A stretch of DNA of 64,000 bases from an uncultured Azospirillum sp. GTDB lineage: Bacteria > Pseudomonadota > Alphaproteobacteria > CACIAM-22H2. Position 1 is the stretch's first letter. Every line of letters starts with the position of its first letter. The translations under genes were made by a program, and so were the position numbers. The notes below the pieces were generated by a model that searched no databases, was not told where the DNA came from, and saw only the letters and a list, made by a program, of their open reading frames with translations. The stretch covers positions 15,107-79,106 of the forward strand of contig CAYQDN010000014.1 in assembly GCA_964416335.1 (NCBI GenBank). The letters are read 5' to 3'. This document shows, one piece after another, positions 17,762 to 27,107 of the stretch.

Positions 17762-18601
17762 TCACACGTGCCACAGGCGGGACAGCCTCTCCGGCAGTCC
17801 GAACAGCCCCGTACGCAGTGCAAGCCACAGGTCCAGATAGCGTTCGCGCAGTGCTGCCGCGTCCGGGTCGAGCAGCCGGGCCACGAGGACCGGGCCGATC
17901 AGGCCGCAGGATACCCCGGGCCGCGCGCGGGCGATTTCCAGCGCCTTGTCGGGCGATCCGCACACGCAGACCATCGTTGCCGCCGCACGCGCCCCGCCGA
18001 GAAGGGCGGGCCGGTCGAGGAGTGCGTCGTCCAGCGGGTCGGCGACGAACGCGTCGGCCCAGACGAGGCGGCCGTCGCGGCGGATCGACCAGCGGTCGCG
18101 CAAGGCGCCCCCCGTCATCGTCTCGCCCCGGGCGCGCCGGGCGAACACGACGATCTCGCCGCCCAGGAAGGCCGCATTGCCGGCCAGCGTCAGGGACAGC
18201 CGCCGGTCGAGCCGCGCCTTGTCGAACAGGATCGTCTCCTGCGGGAACCATTCGAGACGCCCGTCCGCAGCGACATTCAGGTCGTTGGCGATCTCGCTCG
18301 CCGGTCCCCAGCTGCGATAGACCTTCTCGGCCGCCTGCCCGACGACCAGTGCCGCGGCACCTGCACCGACCGCGATCGAGGTTTCGAGGCGGTCGCCGCC
18401 GACGACGCCACCGCCGGTATTGACCAGGACTGCGACCGGCTGGCGTTCGGCCAGCGGATCGGGAAAGAGGATCTTCAGCGGGTCGCGCTGCTCGAGATCC
18501 TTCAGGCGCGAAACGCCGTCCCGGTCGCGCGCGAATGCCGCACCCGACCGGCCCGAAACCGCAGGACGCACGAGCCCGCGCGTGGTATCTCCACTGTCCA
18601 T
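17762..18601 (-). CDS. ureD: Urease accessory protein UreD/UreH
   Basis: UreD family and the first gene of the ureDABCEFG operon. The internal ATG 18601 was chosen over the longer ORF. Confidence 0.75.
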   Translation of the reverse strand: MDSGDTTRGLVRPAVSGRSGAAFARDRDGVSRLKDLEQRDPLKILFPDPLAERQPVAVLVNTGGGVVGGDRLETSIAVGAGAAALVVGQAAEKVYRSWGPASEIANDLNVAADGRLEWFPQETILFDKARLDRRLSLTLAGNAAFLGGEIVVFARRARGETMTGGALRDRWSIRRDGRLVWADAFVADPLDDALLDRPALLGGARAAATMVCVCGSPDKALEIARARPGVSCGLIGPVLVARLLDPDAAALRERYLDLWLALRTGLFGLPERLSRLWHV

Positions 18602-18652
18602 AACGACAACGAGTGTAGCCGCCGGCCTTGGCCGCTGCACAGGGGGACCAGC

Positions 18653-19432
18653 ATGACCGACCAATCCTGCCGCGACCTTCGCGTGCTCGTGACCGCCGGT
18701 GCGGCCGGAATCGGCCGTGCCATTGCGGGTGCATTCGCCGGAGCCGGCGCGCGCGTCGTCGTGTGCGATGTCGACGAAGCCGCCCTCGCCCGTTTCCGCC
18801 AGGAGCTGCCCGGCCACGAGGCCTTCGAATGCGACGTGTCCGACGAGGACGATGTCGACGAGCTGTTCGAGGACGTCATCGATTCACTGGGCGGGCTCGA
18901 CGTGCTGGTCAACAACGCCGGGATCGCCGGCCCGACCGGTCCGGTCGAGACCCTCTCGCCCGACGACTGGCGCCACACGATGGAAATCAACATCGACGCG
19001 CAGTTCCTCTGCACCCGGCGGGCCGTGCCTCTGCTGCGCGCCAGCGGCGGCGGGACGATCGTCAATCTTTCGTCGGCGGCGGGAAAATTCGGATTTGCCC
19101 ATCGCACGCCCTATTCGGCGAGCAAGTGGGCGGTCGTCGGATTCACGAAGAGCCTCGCGATCGAGCTCGGGGCCGACAACATCCGGGTCAATGCGATCCT
19201 TCCCGGTGCGGTCGACGGGCCGCGCATCCGCCGCGTCATCCAGGCAAAAGCCGCCTCGACCGGCGTTCCGGTCGAAGAGATGGAATCGCTCTATACGCGC
19301 CAGGCCTCGCTCGGCCGGATGGTCGAGGCCGAAGACATCGCGCGGCTTGCGGTCTTCCTAGCCGGCGTGGGCGGACGGAATATCTCGGGTCAGGCCCTGT
19401 CGGTCGACGGCGACACGCAGGCCCTCGTCTAA
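18653..19432 (+). CDS. SDR-family oxidoreductase (short-chain dehydrogenase)
   Basis: Nucleotide-binding motif TAGAAGIGRA and catalytic motifs NNAG, YSASK. An AGGGGGA RBS is present. Confidence 0.85.
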   Translation: MTDQSCRDLRVLVTAGAAGIGRAIAGAFAGAGARVVVCDVDEAALARFRQELPGHEAFECDVSDEDDVDELFEDVIDSLGGLDVLVNNAGIAGPTGPVETLSPDDWRHTMEINIDAQFLCTRRAVPLLRASGGGTIVNLSSAAGKFGFAHRTPYSASKWAVVGFTKSLAIELGADNIRVNAILPGAVDGPRIRRVIQAKAASTGVPVEEMESLYTRQASLGRMVEAEDIARLAVFLAGVGGRNISGQALSVDGDTQALV

Positions 19433-19442
19433 CAGACCGGGG

Positions 19443-19880
19443 CTATTTCTTTCCCAGGTCGTGCACCAGCGCCAGCGGTGCGGGATCGCGCCCGGCCGAT
19501 GCGGCGTCGTCGATGCGCTGGATGTGGCCGTCGACCTGCGCTTCCTGTTCGACCGTCAGCGTCTCGTAGCGGATGTCGCCGACGACCTGCGCCGTACGGC
19601 CAAGGTCGATCGACTTGGCGCGGATCGGGCCGAAAACCTTGCCGAGGATGCGCACGCGCTCGGCCGTGATCTCGCCACGCACTTCGCCGGTGGCACCGAT
19701 CGTCAGCGACTTCGTGCGCACGACGCCTTCGACTCGCCCGTCGAGCTGGATGTCGCCCTCGCACACGATATCGCCCTTCAGCGACAGGCTCGCCGAAATG
19801 ATCGACGGCACCGACGGGCTGTTCGCCTTGAGTGCGCGCGTGTCGGGAACGACGGGCTTGCTATTCGACTTTCCGAACAT
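19443..19880 (-). CDS. Bactofilin (DUF583 polymer-forming cytoskeletal protein)
   Basis: The N-terminus MFGKSNSKP resembles the conserved bactofilin membrane-targeting sequence, and a beta-helical repeat domain follows. The gene overlaps the M23 peptidase gene by 20 nt. Confidence 0.8.
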   Translation of the reverse strand: MFGKSNSKPVVPDTRALKANSPSVPSIISASLSLKGDIVCEGDIQLDGRVEGVVRTKSLTIGATGEVRGEITAERVRILGKVFGPIRAKSIDLGRTAQVVGDIRYETLTVEQEAQVDGHIQRIDDAASAGRDPAPLALVHDLGKK

Positions 19881-21186
19881 GGCGGGCAGCCTCCAGGAAA
19901 CGGGCCGGGTCGACGGCACGGCCGTCGACGAGAACTTCGTAGTGAACGTGCGGACCAGTGCTCCGGCCGGTCGATCCGAGCAGCCCGACCGTCTGGCGAC
20001 GCTCGACCCGCTGTCCGACCCGGACATCGATCCGTGTCATGTGACCATAGCGCGTCGAGAGACCGAAATCATGCTCGATCTCGACCATGTTCCCGTACTC
20101 GCCGTTCCAGCCGGCCGTCACAATTTTTCCTGCCGCCGTCGCCAGTATGGGCGTGCGGGGCGGGGCCGACAGGTCGATGCCGCTGTGCATGGCGAGCTGG
20201 CCGTTGAACGGGTCGCGGCGCATGCCGAACGGGCTCATCACCGAAAAATCATCGAGGGGCGCGCGCAGTGGAAGTCGGCGCACGGCCGCACGCATGTCAC
20301 GCAGCCGCTCGAGATCTGTGCCGAGCGACGCTAGCAGAAGGCTCGGATCCGTACTCGCCCGGTCGAGCGTCGGCACGACGAACGGGCCGCCCGAATTGCC
20401 GCTGCGCGCACCGATCACGCGATCGGCCTGCAAGCCGGCAGCACGCAGGACACGCACGATCTCTTCGATCTGGGCGCGCGTGCTGCCTGAAATTTCCGCA
20501 AGGGCGGCATCCTGCGCGCGGGCAGCGTCGCGATCGACCGCGCGCAGGCTCGCAAGATCGCCCGTCGTCGCGCGATGCTCGATCGCCAGGCGCCTGGCCT
20601 CCACCGCAAGCCGTCCGCGCTCGGCAAGGGCTTCGATGCGCACGCGTTCCAGCGCCGCCACGCGGTCGGCGGCACTCGCCGGGTCCGGTGCACGGCCGGC
20701 AAGGCGTGCTTCGACGCCGCGCAGGCGCTCCATCAGTCCTTCGTGCGTGACAAGCGCACGCTCGCGCTCGTTCTCCGCAGCCGAAAGGCCCTGCTCGATC
20801 TCGACCATGCGCTCGGTCAGGCGGTTGCGCTGCTCGATAAGGCCGGCGACGGCTTCGGCCGCTTCGGCCCGGCCGCGTTCGGTCGCCCGCGCCAAAGCCT
20901 CGCCCAGCTCTTCCAGACGGGTGCGATGGTCGTCCTGGAGGCGCACCACGTCCTGCGCGCGCAGTTCGATTTCGGTCAGAGCCGAACGGTAACTGTCGAT
21001 CGCCGCGCCCCCCGATGCGGCGGCAAGCACCAGGGCGCCGGCGGCAAGACGCTGCAGGCAGGTGGAAATCCGGACCAGCCGGACCTGGCCGTCCGAGCGC
21101 ACGAGAACCTCGCGGGGCCGGAAAAGCCACGCGTCGACGCGCCCGAGCCAGAGTCCAATTCGGCGGTTTCGTTCCTGCTGCTGCAT
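19861..21186 (-). CDS. M23-family (LytM-type) metallopeptidase with an N-terminal TM helix and coiled-coil region; LmdC-like
   Basis: The C-terminal M23 motifs HSGIDL and HVHYEV, a long Ala/Arg/Glu-rich coiled coil and an N-terminal TM helix. It is upstream of bactofilin, apparently in the same operon. Confidence 0.8.
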   Translation of the reverse strand: MQQQERNRRIGLWLGRVDAWLFRPREVLVRSDGQVRLVRISTCLQRLAAGALVLAAASGGAAIDSYRSALTEIELRAQDVVRLQDDHRTRLEELGEALARATERGRAEAAEAVAGLIEQRNRLTERMVEIEQGLSAAENERERALVTHEGLMERLRGVEARLAGRAPDPASAADRVAALERVRIEALAERGRLAVEARRLAIEHRATTGDLASLRAVDRDAARAQDAALAEISGSTRAQIEEIVRVLRAAGLQADRVIGARSGNSGGPFVVPTLDRASTDPSLLLASLGTDLERLRDMRAAVRRLPLRAPLDDFSVMSPFGMRRDPFNGQLAMHSGIDLSAPPRTPILATAAGKIVTAGWNGEYGNMVEIEHDFGLSTRYGHMTRIDVRVGQRVERRQTVGLLGSTGRSTGPHVHYEVLVDGRAVDPARFLEAARHVRKVE

Positions 21187-21449
21187 TGTCCCGATTTCGA
21201 CTTCCACTGTTCGACCGTCAATCCGTTCGCCGCCCAACCTTTGATGGCTGGTACCGGATTCTTTCGTTCGGACGGCGGATGATGCCGATTCACCTACATG
21301 CGTTCAAGCAAGCCTTTGGCCAATGTTCTGAAAATTAGACGGTCTTTTTCACGGCGAAGTCGTTACGCGAATAGTCGCGCTCAACCTGCTGATTCAATGC
21401 CGATTCCGATTTTGCAAAAGACACACACTGTGGATAACTCGGGGACAAA

Positions 21450-22250
21450 TCACGCCCGGCGATCGGCCTGCCGTGTGCCGAAATAGGCAAGCACCGCCAC
21501 GACGCCAATCATAATGGCAGCAAGGGCGTTTATCTGAGGCGAAAGGCCGAGCCGGACGCTCGAATAGACGAGCATCGGCAGGGTCGTGGCGCCCGGCCCG
21601 GAAACGAAACTCGCGATGACCAAATCGTCGAGCGAAAGCGTGAAGGCAAGCAGCCAGCCTGCCGCGACGGCCGGCAGCAGCAGCGGAAGGGTCACCCGCG
21701 CGAACGCGCGCAAGGGCCCTGCCCCCAAGTCGAGAGCCGCCTCCTCAAGCGCCGGTTCGATGCCGCGCAGCCGCGCCTCCACGATTACCGCGACGAATGC
21801 CGTCCCATACGTCGCGTGGGCGAGCGCAATGGCGACCATTCCGCGCTCGCCCGGCCAGCCGACCAGCCGGTCGAGCGCGGAATAGGTCATCAACATCGAC
21901 AGACCCAAAATCACTTCGGGCAAGACCATCGGGGCGAGCAGCAGCAACGCGAACAAGGTCCTCAGCCGGAAGCGGCCAAGCCGCCCGAGCGAATAGCCTG
22001 CGAGCGTGCCGAACACCGCCGAGACGGTGCCGGCGAGTGCCGCGATGCCAAGGCTCAGCCAGGCAGCGTCAAGCATGCGCGTATTTCCCAGCAATTCGGC
22101 GTACCAGCGCGTGGAAAAACCGGCCCAGACGGTCACGAGCCTGCTTTCGTTGAAGCTGAAAACGACGAGCAGCAGGATCGGCAGATAGAGAAACGCAAAA
22201 CCCGCTGCAAGCAGGGCCGGAAGTCGCGGCAGGAAATCGGCGGGCTTCAT
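21450..22250 (-). CDS. ABC transporter permease (PotC/PotI-like)
   Basis: A polytopic protein with a binding-protein-dependent permease motif. An ATGA overlap couples it to the upstream permease gene. Confidence 0.8.
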   Translation of the reverse strand: MKPADFLPRLPALLAAGFAFLYLPILLLVVFSFNESRLVTVWAGFSTRWYAELLGNTRMLDAAWLSLGIAALAGTVSAVFGTLAGYSLGRLGRFRLRTLFALLLLAPMVLPEVILGLSMLMTYSALDRLVGWPGERGMVAIALAHATYGTAFVAVIVEARLRGIEPALEEAALDLGAGPLRAFARVTLPLLLPAVAAGWLLAFTLSLDDLVIASFVSGPGATTLPMLVYSSVRLGLSPQINALAAIMIGVVAVLAYFGTRQADRRA

Positions 22251-23101
22251 GCGCGGCTGTTCCGGAGGCGGTCGAACAGCAGAATTGGGCCCGCAAGAAG
22301 TACAGCCATCGTCGTCGCGAGGGCGCAGGCGACCGGCCAGTCGCGGTTCTGGAAGAACTCGAGCCACAGGATGCGGCCGATCATCTGCGTGTCGGGCCCG
22401 CCCAGCAGGTCCGGGATGACGAATTCGCCGCTCGCCGGGATGAAGACCAGCAGCGATCCGGCAATCACCCCCGGCAGGGAAAGCGGAAACGTGATCCGCC
22501 AGAACGCGCGGGCGGGCGACGCACCCAGATCCTGTGCCGCTTCGAGCAGGGCCGGATCCATCTTCTCAAGCGTCGCATAGAGCGGCAGGACCATGAACGG
22601 CAGGTAGGCATAGACGATGCCGAGATGGACCGCGAACGCGTTTGCGATCAACGCAAGCGGCTCGTCGATCAGGCCCAAAGCCTGGAGGGTCGTATTCACA
22701 AGCCCGGTCGGCCGGAGCAGTCCCATCCACGCATAGACGCGGATCAGGAACGACGTCCAGAACGGCAGCACGACGAGAAAGAGCAGCAGTGCGCGTCTGC
22801 GCGGTCGCGCACGCGCGATCGCCAGCGCCATCGGGCAGCCGACGAGAAGGCAGATCAGCGTCGATGTCCCGGCAATCCGCGCGGCCGCGAGGAATGCCTC
22901 CCAATAGAGATCGTCGCCGAAGACCAACGCATAGTTCGAGAACGAGAACCCCCATTCGAACGGCGGGGCGTCTTGCGTGGCTTCGCCGAAGCTGATTGCC
23001 GCCACGAGGACCAGCGGCAACGCGACCGTCGCCGCGAGCCACGCGAATGCGGGCGCGATGAAGACCCTGCGGGACGCCGCCGCCCAGGGTGCGGTCGTCA
23101 T
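22247..23101 (-). CDS. ABC transporter permease (PotB/PotH-like)
   Basis: Permease family. It is coupled to the ATPase gene by an ATGA overlap. Confidence 0.8.
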   Translation of the reverse strand: MTTAPWAAASRRVFIAPAFAWLAATVALPLVLVAAISFGEATQDAPPFEWGFSFSNYALVFGDDLYWEAFLAAARIAGTSTLICLLVGCPMALAIARARPRRRALLLFLVVLPFWTSFLIRVYAWMGLLRPTGLVNTTLQALGLIDEPLALIANAFAVHLGIVYAYLPFMVLPLYATLEKMDPALLEAAQDLGASPARAFWRITFPLSLPGVIAGSLLVFIPASGEFVIPDLLGGPDTQMIGRILWLEFFQNRDWPVACALATTMAVLLAGPILLFDRLRNSRA

Positions 23102-24090
23102 CGCGCAAGCCTCAGCTCGGCGCTCTCGGGCCAGTCGAACGCGATCTCGGTGCCGTTCTCCGGTGCCGGCAGGGAGCCCGGCACGCTCGCGGTCACGCGC
23201 CCGAGCGGGCTGTCAATGAAGACAAGCCGCCGCTCGCCCAGATAGGCGCATTCGCGCACGCGGCCGCGGCGGGTACCGGAGCCGAGCGACACGCGCTCGG
23301 GGCGGACGGCGATCCAGCCCGCGCTGTCGGGTGCCGCGAAAAGATTGATGCGCCCGACGAATTCGGCGACGAAGCGCGTCGCTGGCCGCTCGTAGAGTTC
23401 GCCCGGCGTCGCAATCTGGACGATCTTCCCCGCTTCCATGACGCCGATCCGGTCGGAAATCGCCATTGCTTCGTCCTGATCGTGCGTGACGAACACGAAG
23501 GCGATCCCAAGGCGGGCCTGCAGTTCGACGATTTCGAGCCGCGTTTCCTCGCGCAGCTTCGCGTCGAGCGCCGACAGCGGCTCGTCGAGCAGCAGGACTT
23601 TCGGATGCCGCGCAAGCGCGCGTGCGATCGCGACACGCTGCCGCTGCCCGCCGGAAAGCTGGGCCGGCTTGCGCGCCTCGAAGCCTTCGAGCCGCACCAG
23701 ATCGAGCATCTCGCGAACGCGCCCTGCACGCTCGACCGCATCAAGGGCCAGCGTATCCAGCCCGAACGCGACGTTCTGGGCGACCGTCAGATGCGGAAAC
23801 AAAGCGTAGCTCTGGAACACCGTGTTGACCGGCCGGTCCCACGGCGGAACATTCGTCACGTCATTGCCGTCGAGCAGGATCAGGCCGGCGTCGGGCGTCT
23901 CGAAGCCGCCCACGCATCGGAGCAGCGTGGTCTTGCCGCATCCCGAAGGCCCCAGCAGGCAGAAGATCTCGCCGGCCGCGATATCCAGATCCACGCCGTC
24001 GACGGCCGCAATGCCGCCGAAGCGCTTCTCCAGGCCCTGGATGCGGATCAAGTGCCGGTCGCCTAGCGGCCCGCCGTCACGCGCGTCCAC
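23098..24090 (-). CDS. ABC transporter ATP-binding protein (PotA/PotG-like, with a C-terminal TOBE domain)
   Basis: Walker A motif GPSGCGKTT and signature LSGGQRQRV. The start is uncertain: the track gives GTG 24090, and an alternative TTG lies near 24051. Confidence 0.8.
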   Translation of the reverse strand: MDARDGGPLGDRHLIRIQGLEKRFGGIAAVDGVDLDIAAGEIFCLLGPSGCGKTTLLRCVGGFETPDAGLILLDGNDVTNVPPWDRPVNTVFQSYALFPHLTVAQNVAFGLDTLALDAVERAGRVREMLDLVRLEGFEARKPAQLSGGQRQRVAIARALARHPKVLLLDEPLSALDAKLREETRLEIVELQARLGIAFVFVTHDQDEAMAISDRIGVMEAGKIVQIATPGELYERPATRFVAEFVGRINLFAAPDSAGWIAVRPERVSLGSGTRRGRVRECAYLGERRLVFIDSPLGRVTASVPGSLPAPENGTEIAFDWPESAELRLAR

Positions 24091-25154
24091 GCGCGCGTGC
24101 GCAGGCGCTCGTAGTCGCGGGCAGCCGGCGTGATCGTGTAGAGCCGTGCGCGGATTTCCGGCGGCATGAACACGATCGGATCGTCGCGCACCTCGGGCCG
24201 GACGAGCGGCCGCGATGCCGGCACGGGGTTGGGGTAGCCGACGGCATCCGAATTCAAGGCCGCGATCTCAGGCTGGAGCATGAAATCGACGAAACGGTGG
24301 GCGGCCTCGACATTGCGTGCATCCGCCGGGATTGCCCAGACGTCGTGCGACAGCAGGGCGCCTTCCTGCGGGATCGCGTATTCGACGCGCACGCCTGCCT
24401 TCTTCGCTTCGGCCGCGCGTGCCGCCGCCTGCTTGATGTCGCCCGAATAGCCGAAGGCGATACAGGCATCGCCGTTCGCCAGATCGTTGATGTATTCGGA
24501 CGAATGCCATTTGCGCACATAGGGCCGTACCCGCATCAGCAGCTCGGTCGCCTTGGCGAGATGCTCGGGCGCCTTCGAGTCCGGATCGAGCCCGAGATAG
24601 GCCAATGCGGCAGGGAAAACGTCCGTCGGCGAGTCGAGGACGACGATTCCGCAGGACTGGAACCGCCTGGCGACTTCGGGATCGAAGATCATGCGCAGCG
24701 AATAGACGGGTGCATCCGCCATCACGCGGCCGACGCGCTCGGCGTTGTAGCCGATACCCGTCGTGCTCGACAGGTGCGGAACGCCGAACCGGTTGCCCGG
24801 ATCGAACCGTTCGAGCTCGCGCAGCACGACGGGATCGATCTTCGGGAAATTCGACAGCCGCGCGCGGTCGAACTCCCGGTAGAGGCGGGCCGGAATCTGT
24901 TGGGCAAGGAACGGCGATGCCGACGGAACGACGAGGTCGTAGCCCGAACGGCCGGCACGCAGCTTGGCATCCAGCGTCTCGTTCGAATCGTACGTGTCGT
25001 AGGTCACCCGGATGCCGGTTTCCTTCTGGAACCGTTCGAGCGCCAAAGGGGAGACATAGTCGTTCCAATTGTAGACATTGAGCGTCTGCTGGGCGGCGGC
25101 AGGGCAAATTCCAGCCAGCAGCGCCATAAATCCGACAAACAATCCCTTGCACAT
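24063..25154 (-). CDS. Periplasmic substrate-binding protein of the PotD/PotF (polyamine-type) family
   Basis: A signal peptide followed by a family-PotF fold sequence. Confidence 0.75.
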   Translation of the reverse strand: MCKGLFVGFMALLAGICPAAAQQTLNVYNWNDYVSPLALERFQKETGIRVTYDTYDSNETLDAKLRAGRSGYDLVVPSASPFLAQQIPARLYREFDRARLSNFPKIDPVVLRELERFDPGNRFGVPHLSSTTGIGYNAERVGRVMADAPVYSLRMIFDPEVARRFQSCGIVVLDSPTDVFPAALAYLGLDPDSKAPEHLAKATELLMRVRPYVRKWHSSEYINDLANGDACIAFGYSGDIKQAAARAAEAKKAGVRVEYAIPQEGALLSHDVWAIPADARNVEAAHRFVDFMLQPEIAALNSDAVGYPNPVPASRPLVRPEVRDDPIVFMPPEIRARLYTITPAARDYERLRTRAWTRVTAGR

Positions 25155-25304
25155 GGTCCTGCCCCCCGATCCATTTGGCTGATTAGAGCCCGGTCGGGGC
25201 CTGCACTGTCAATGCGCAGTTGCCAAGAGGGCGGCGTGGAATTTCCGGCCGGCTTTGGCTACGGTCTTGCATCGTGCGGCGCGTCAGAAAGCACCCGAGT
25301 CGTC

Positions 25305-27107
25305 ATGCAGGATAGCCTCGATTTCACCGCCCTCCGGACCGCCTACGCCAGCGGCAAAGATCCGCGCGACACGGTTGCCGCCGTCTACCAGCGGATCGAG
25401 GCGCGCGGGGCCGACCCGACATGGCTGCACGTCGTGCCGCGGGCGCAGACCCTCGCGGCGGCAACCGCGCTTGCCGGCATTCCGCGGACGGCGCCCCTCT
25501 GGGGCGTGCCGTTTGCGATCAAGGACAATATCGATCTCGCCGGCGCGCCGACGACGGCGGCGTGTCCCGCTTTCAGCTATGTCGCGAACCGCTCGGCACG
25601 GGCGGTCGAGCGGCTCGTCGCGGCGGGTGCAATCCCGATCGGGAAGACGAATCTCGACCAGTTCGCAACGGGTCTTGTCGGCGTGCGTTCGCCCTACGGC
25701 ATTCCGGCGAACACGTTCGACAAGCGGTACATCCCCGGCGGCTCGTCGTCGGGCTCCGCCGTTGCCGTCGCGGCGGGGCTGGTGTCGTTTGCACTGGGTA
25801 CGGATACGGCCGGTTCGGGCCGCGTGCCGGCAGGCTTCAACAACCTTGTGGGGCTGAAACCCACGAAGGGACTGCTCTCGACCGCCGGACTGGTCCCGGC
25901 CTGCCGCACGCTCGACGTGATTTCGGTCTTCGCCCTGACCGTATCCGATGCGCTGGAAGCAACCAAAGCCGCCGCCGGATACGATCCGTCGGATCCCTAC
26001 TCGCGTGTCGAAGCCGACCGGACGCCGCTCGGCCTGCCGCCAGCACCGAAATCGTTCCGCTTCGGCGTACCGCGTGCGGACCAGCTGAAGTTCTTCGGCG
26101 ACGCGGAGGCCGAGCGCCAGTATCGCTTGGCACTCGTGCGCCTCGAAAAGATGGGAGGCAAGCCGGTCGAGTTCGATTTCGCACCCTTCAAGGAGACGGC
26201 GGACCTTCTCTATGACGGCCCCTGGGTGGCCGAACGCTATGCCGCGATCGAGACGATGATGCGTGAGCGACCCGACGAGGTCCATCCGACGACGCGCGCA
26301 GTCATCGCGAATGCCACAAAATACGACGCGGTATCGACCTTCAGGGCGCTCTATCGTCTCGAGGAGCTGAAGCGGCGCGCAGCCGGGGTCTGGCAATCGA
26401 TCGATGCCATGGCCCTGCCGACGAGCGGGACGATCTTCACGCTCGCCCAGCTTGCCGCCGAGCCGGTCCGGCACAATACCGAGCTTGGCTACTACACGAA
26501 CTTCGTCAACCTGCTCGACCTGTCGGCGCTCGCCGTTCCCTCGGCGATCCGCGCCGACGGCCTGCCGACCGGCATCACGCTGATCGGTCAGGCGTGGCGG
26601 GATGGATGGCTTGCGGGGATCGGCAACGCCTTCCACCGCGATGCCGGCCTGACCCTTGGTGCGACGGGTGCGGCGATGCCGCCACCTGCCCCGACCGTGA
26701 CCGCGCCGTCGCAGACGATCCAGATCGCGGTCGTCGGCGCGCACCTGTCAGGCATGCCGCTCAACGGCCAGCTCGTCGAGCGCGGCGGACGTCTGGTGTG
26801 CGCAGCAAAGACGGCAGCCGCCTACCGCCTGTTTGCGCTTGCCAACACAAAGCCGCCCAAGCCCGGCCTCGAGCGGATCGGCGCCGGCGGGGCGGCGATC
26901 GCACTCGAGATATGGGAAATGCCGGTAGCCGAGTTCGGTTCGTTCGTCGGCCTCGTGCCGCCGCCGCTTGCCATCGGATCGGTCGAGATCGATGATGGCA
27001 CCTGGTGCAAGGGATTCGTCTGCGAGCCGGCAGCATTGCGGTCGGCGCACGACATCACGCGGTTCGGCGGCTGGCGCGCCTATATCCAGGACATGGCACA
27101 GCAATGA
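25305..27107 (+). CDS. atzF: Allophanate hydrolase (an amidase-signature domain plus a C-terminal AtzF-type domain)
   Basis: A 600-aa protein with the AS motif GGSSSGSAVAV and a conserved C-terminal allophanate-hydrolase domain. ATG 25305 was verified in frame. Confidence 0.85.
   Translation: MQDSLDFTALRTAYASGKDPRDTVAAVYQRIEARGADPTWLHVVPRAQTLAAATALAGIPRTAPLWGVPFAIKDNIDLAGAPTTAACPAFSYVANRSARAVERLVAAGAIPIGKTNLDQFATGLVGVRSPYGIPANTFDKRYIPGGSSSGSAVAVAAGLVSFALGTDTAGSGRVPAGFNNLVGLKPTKGLLSTAGLVPACRTLDVISVFALTVSDALEATKAAAGYDPSDPYSRVEADRTPLGLPPAPKSFRFGVPRADQLKFFGDAEAERQYRLALVRLEKMGGKPVEFDFAPFKETADLLYDGPWVAERYAAIETMMRERPDEVHPTTRAVIANATKYDAVSTFRALYRLEELKRRAAGVWQSIDAMALPTSGTIFTLAQLAAEPVRHNTELGYYTNFVNLLDLSALAVPSAIRADGLPTGITLIGQAWRDGWLAGIGNAFHRDAGLTLGATGAAMPPPAPTVTAPSQTIQIAVVGAHLSGMPLNGQLVERGGRLVCAAKTAAAYRLFALANTKPPKPGLERIGAGGAAIALEIWEMPVAEFGSFVGLVPPPLAIGSVEIDDGTWCKGFVCEPAALRSAHDITRFGGWRAYIQDMAQQ

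Noticed and set aside
21240-21449. The repeated CCGATTC motif (three copies) in the potC-M23 intergenic region, considered as a possible repeat element.
   Set aside because: Short, imperfect and AT-moderate. It is most likely an ordinary promoter-region sequence for the M23/bactofilin operon.
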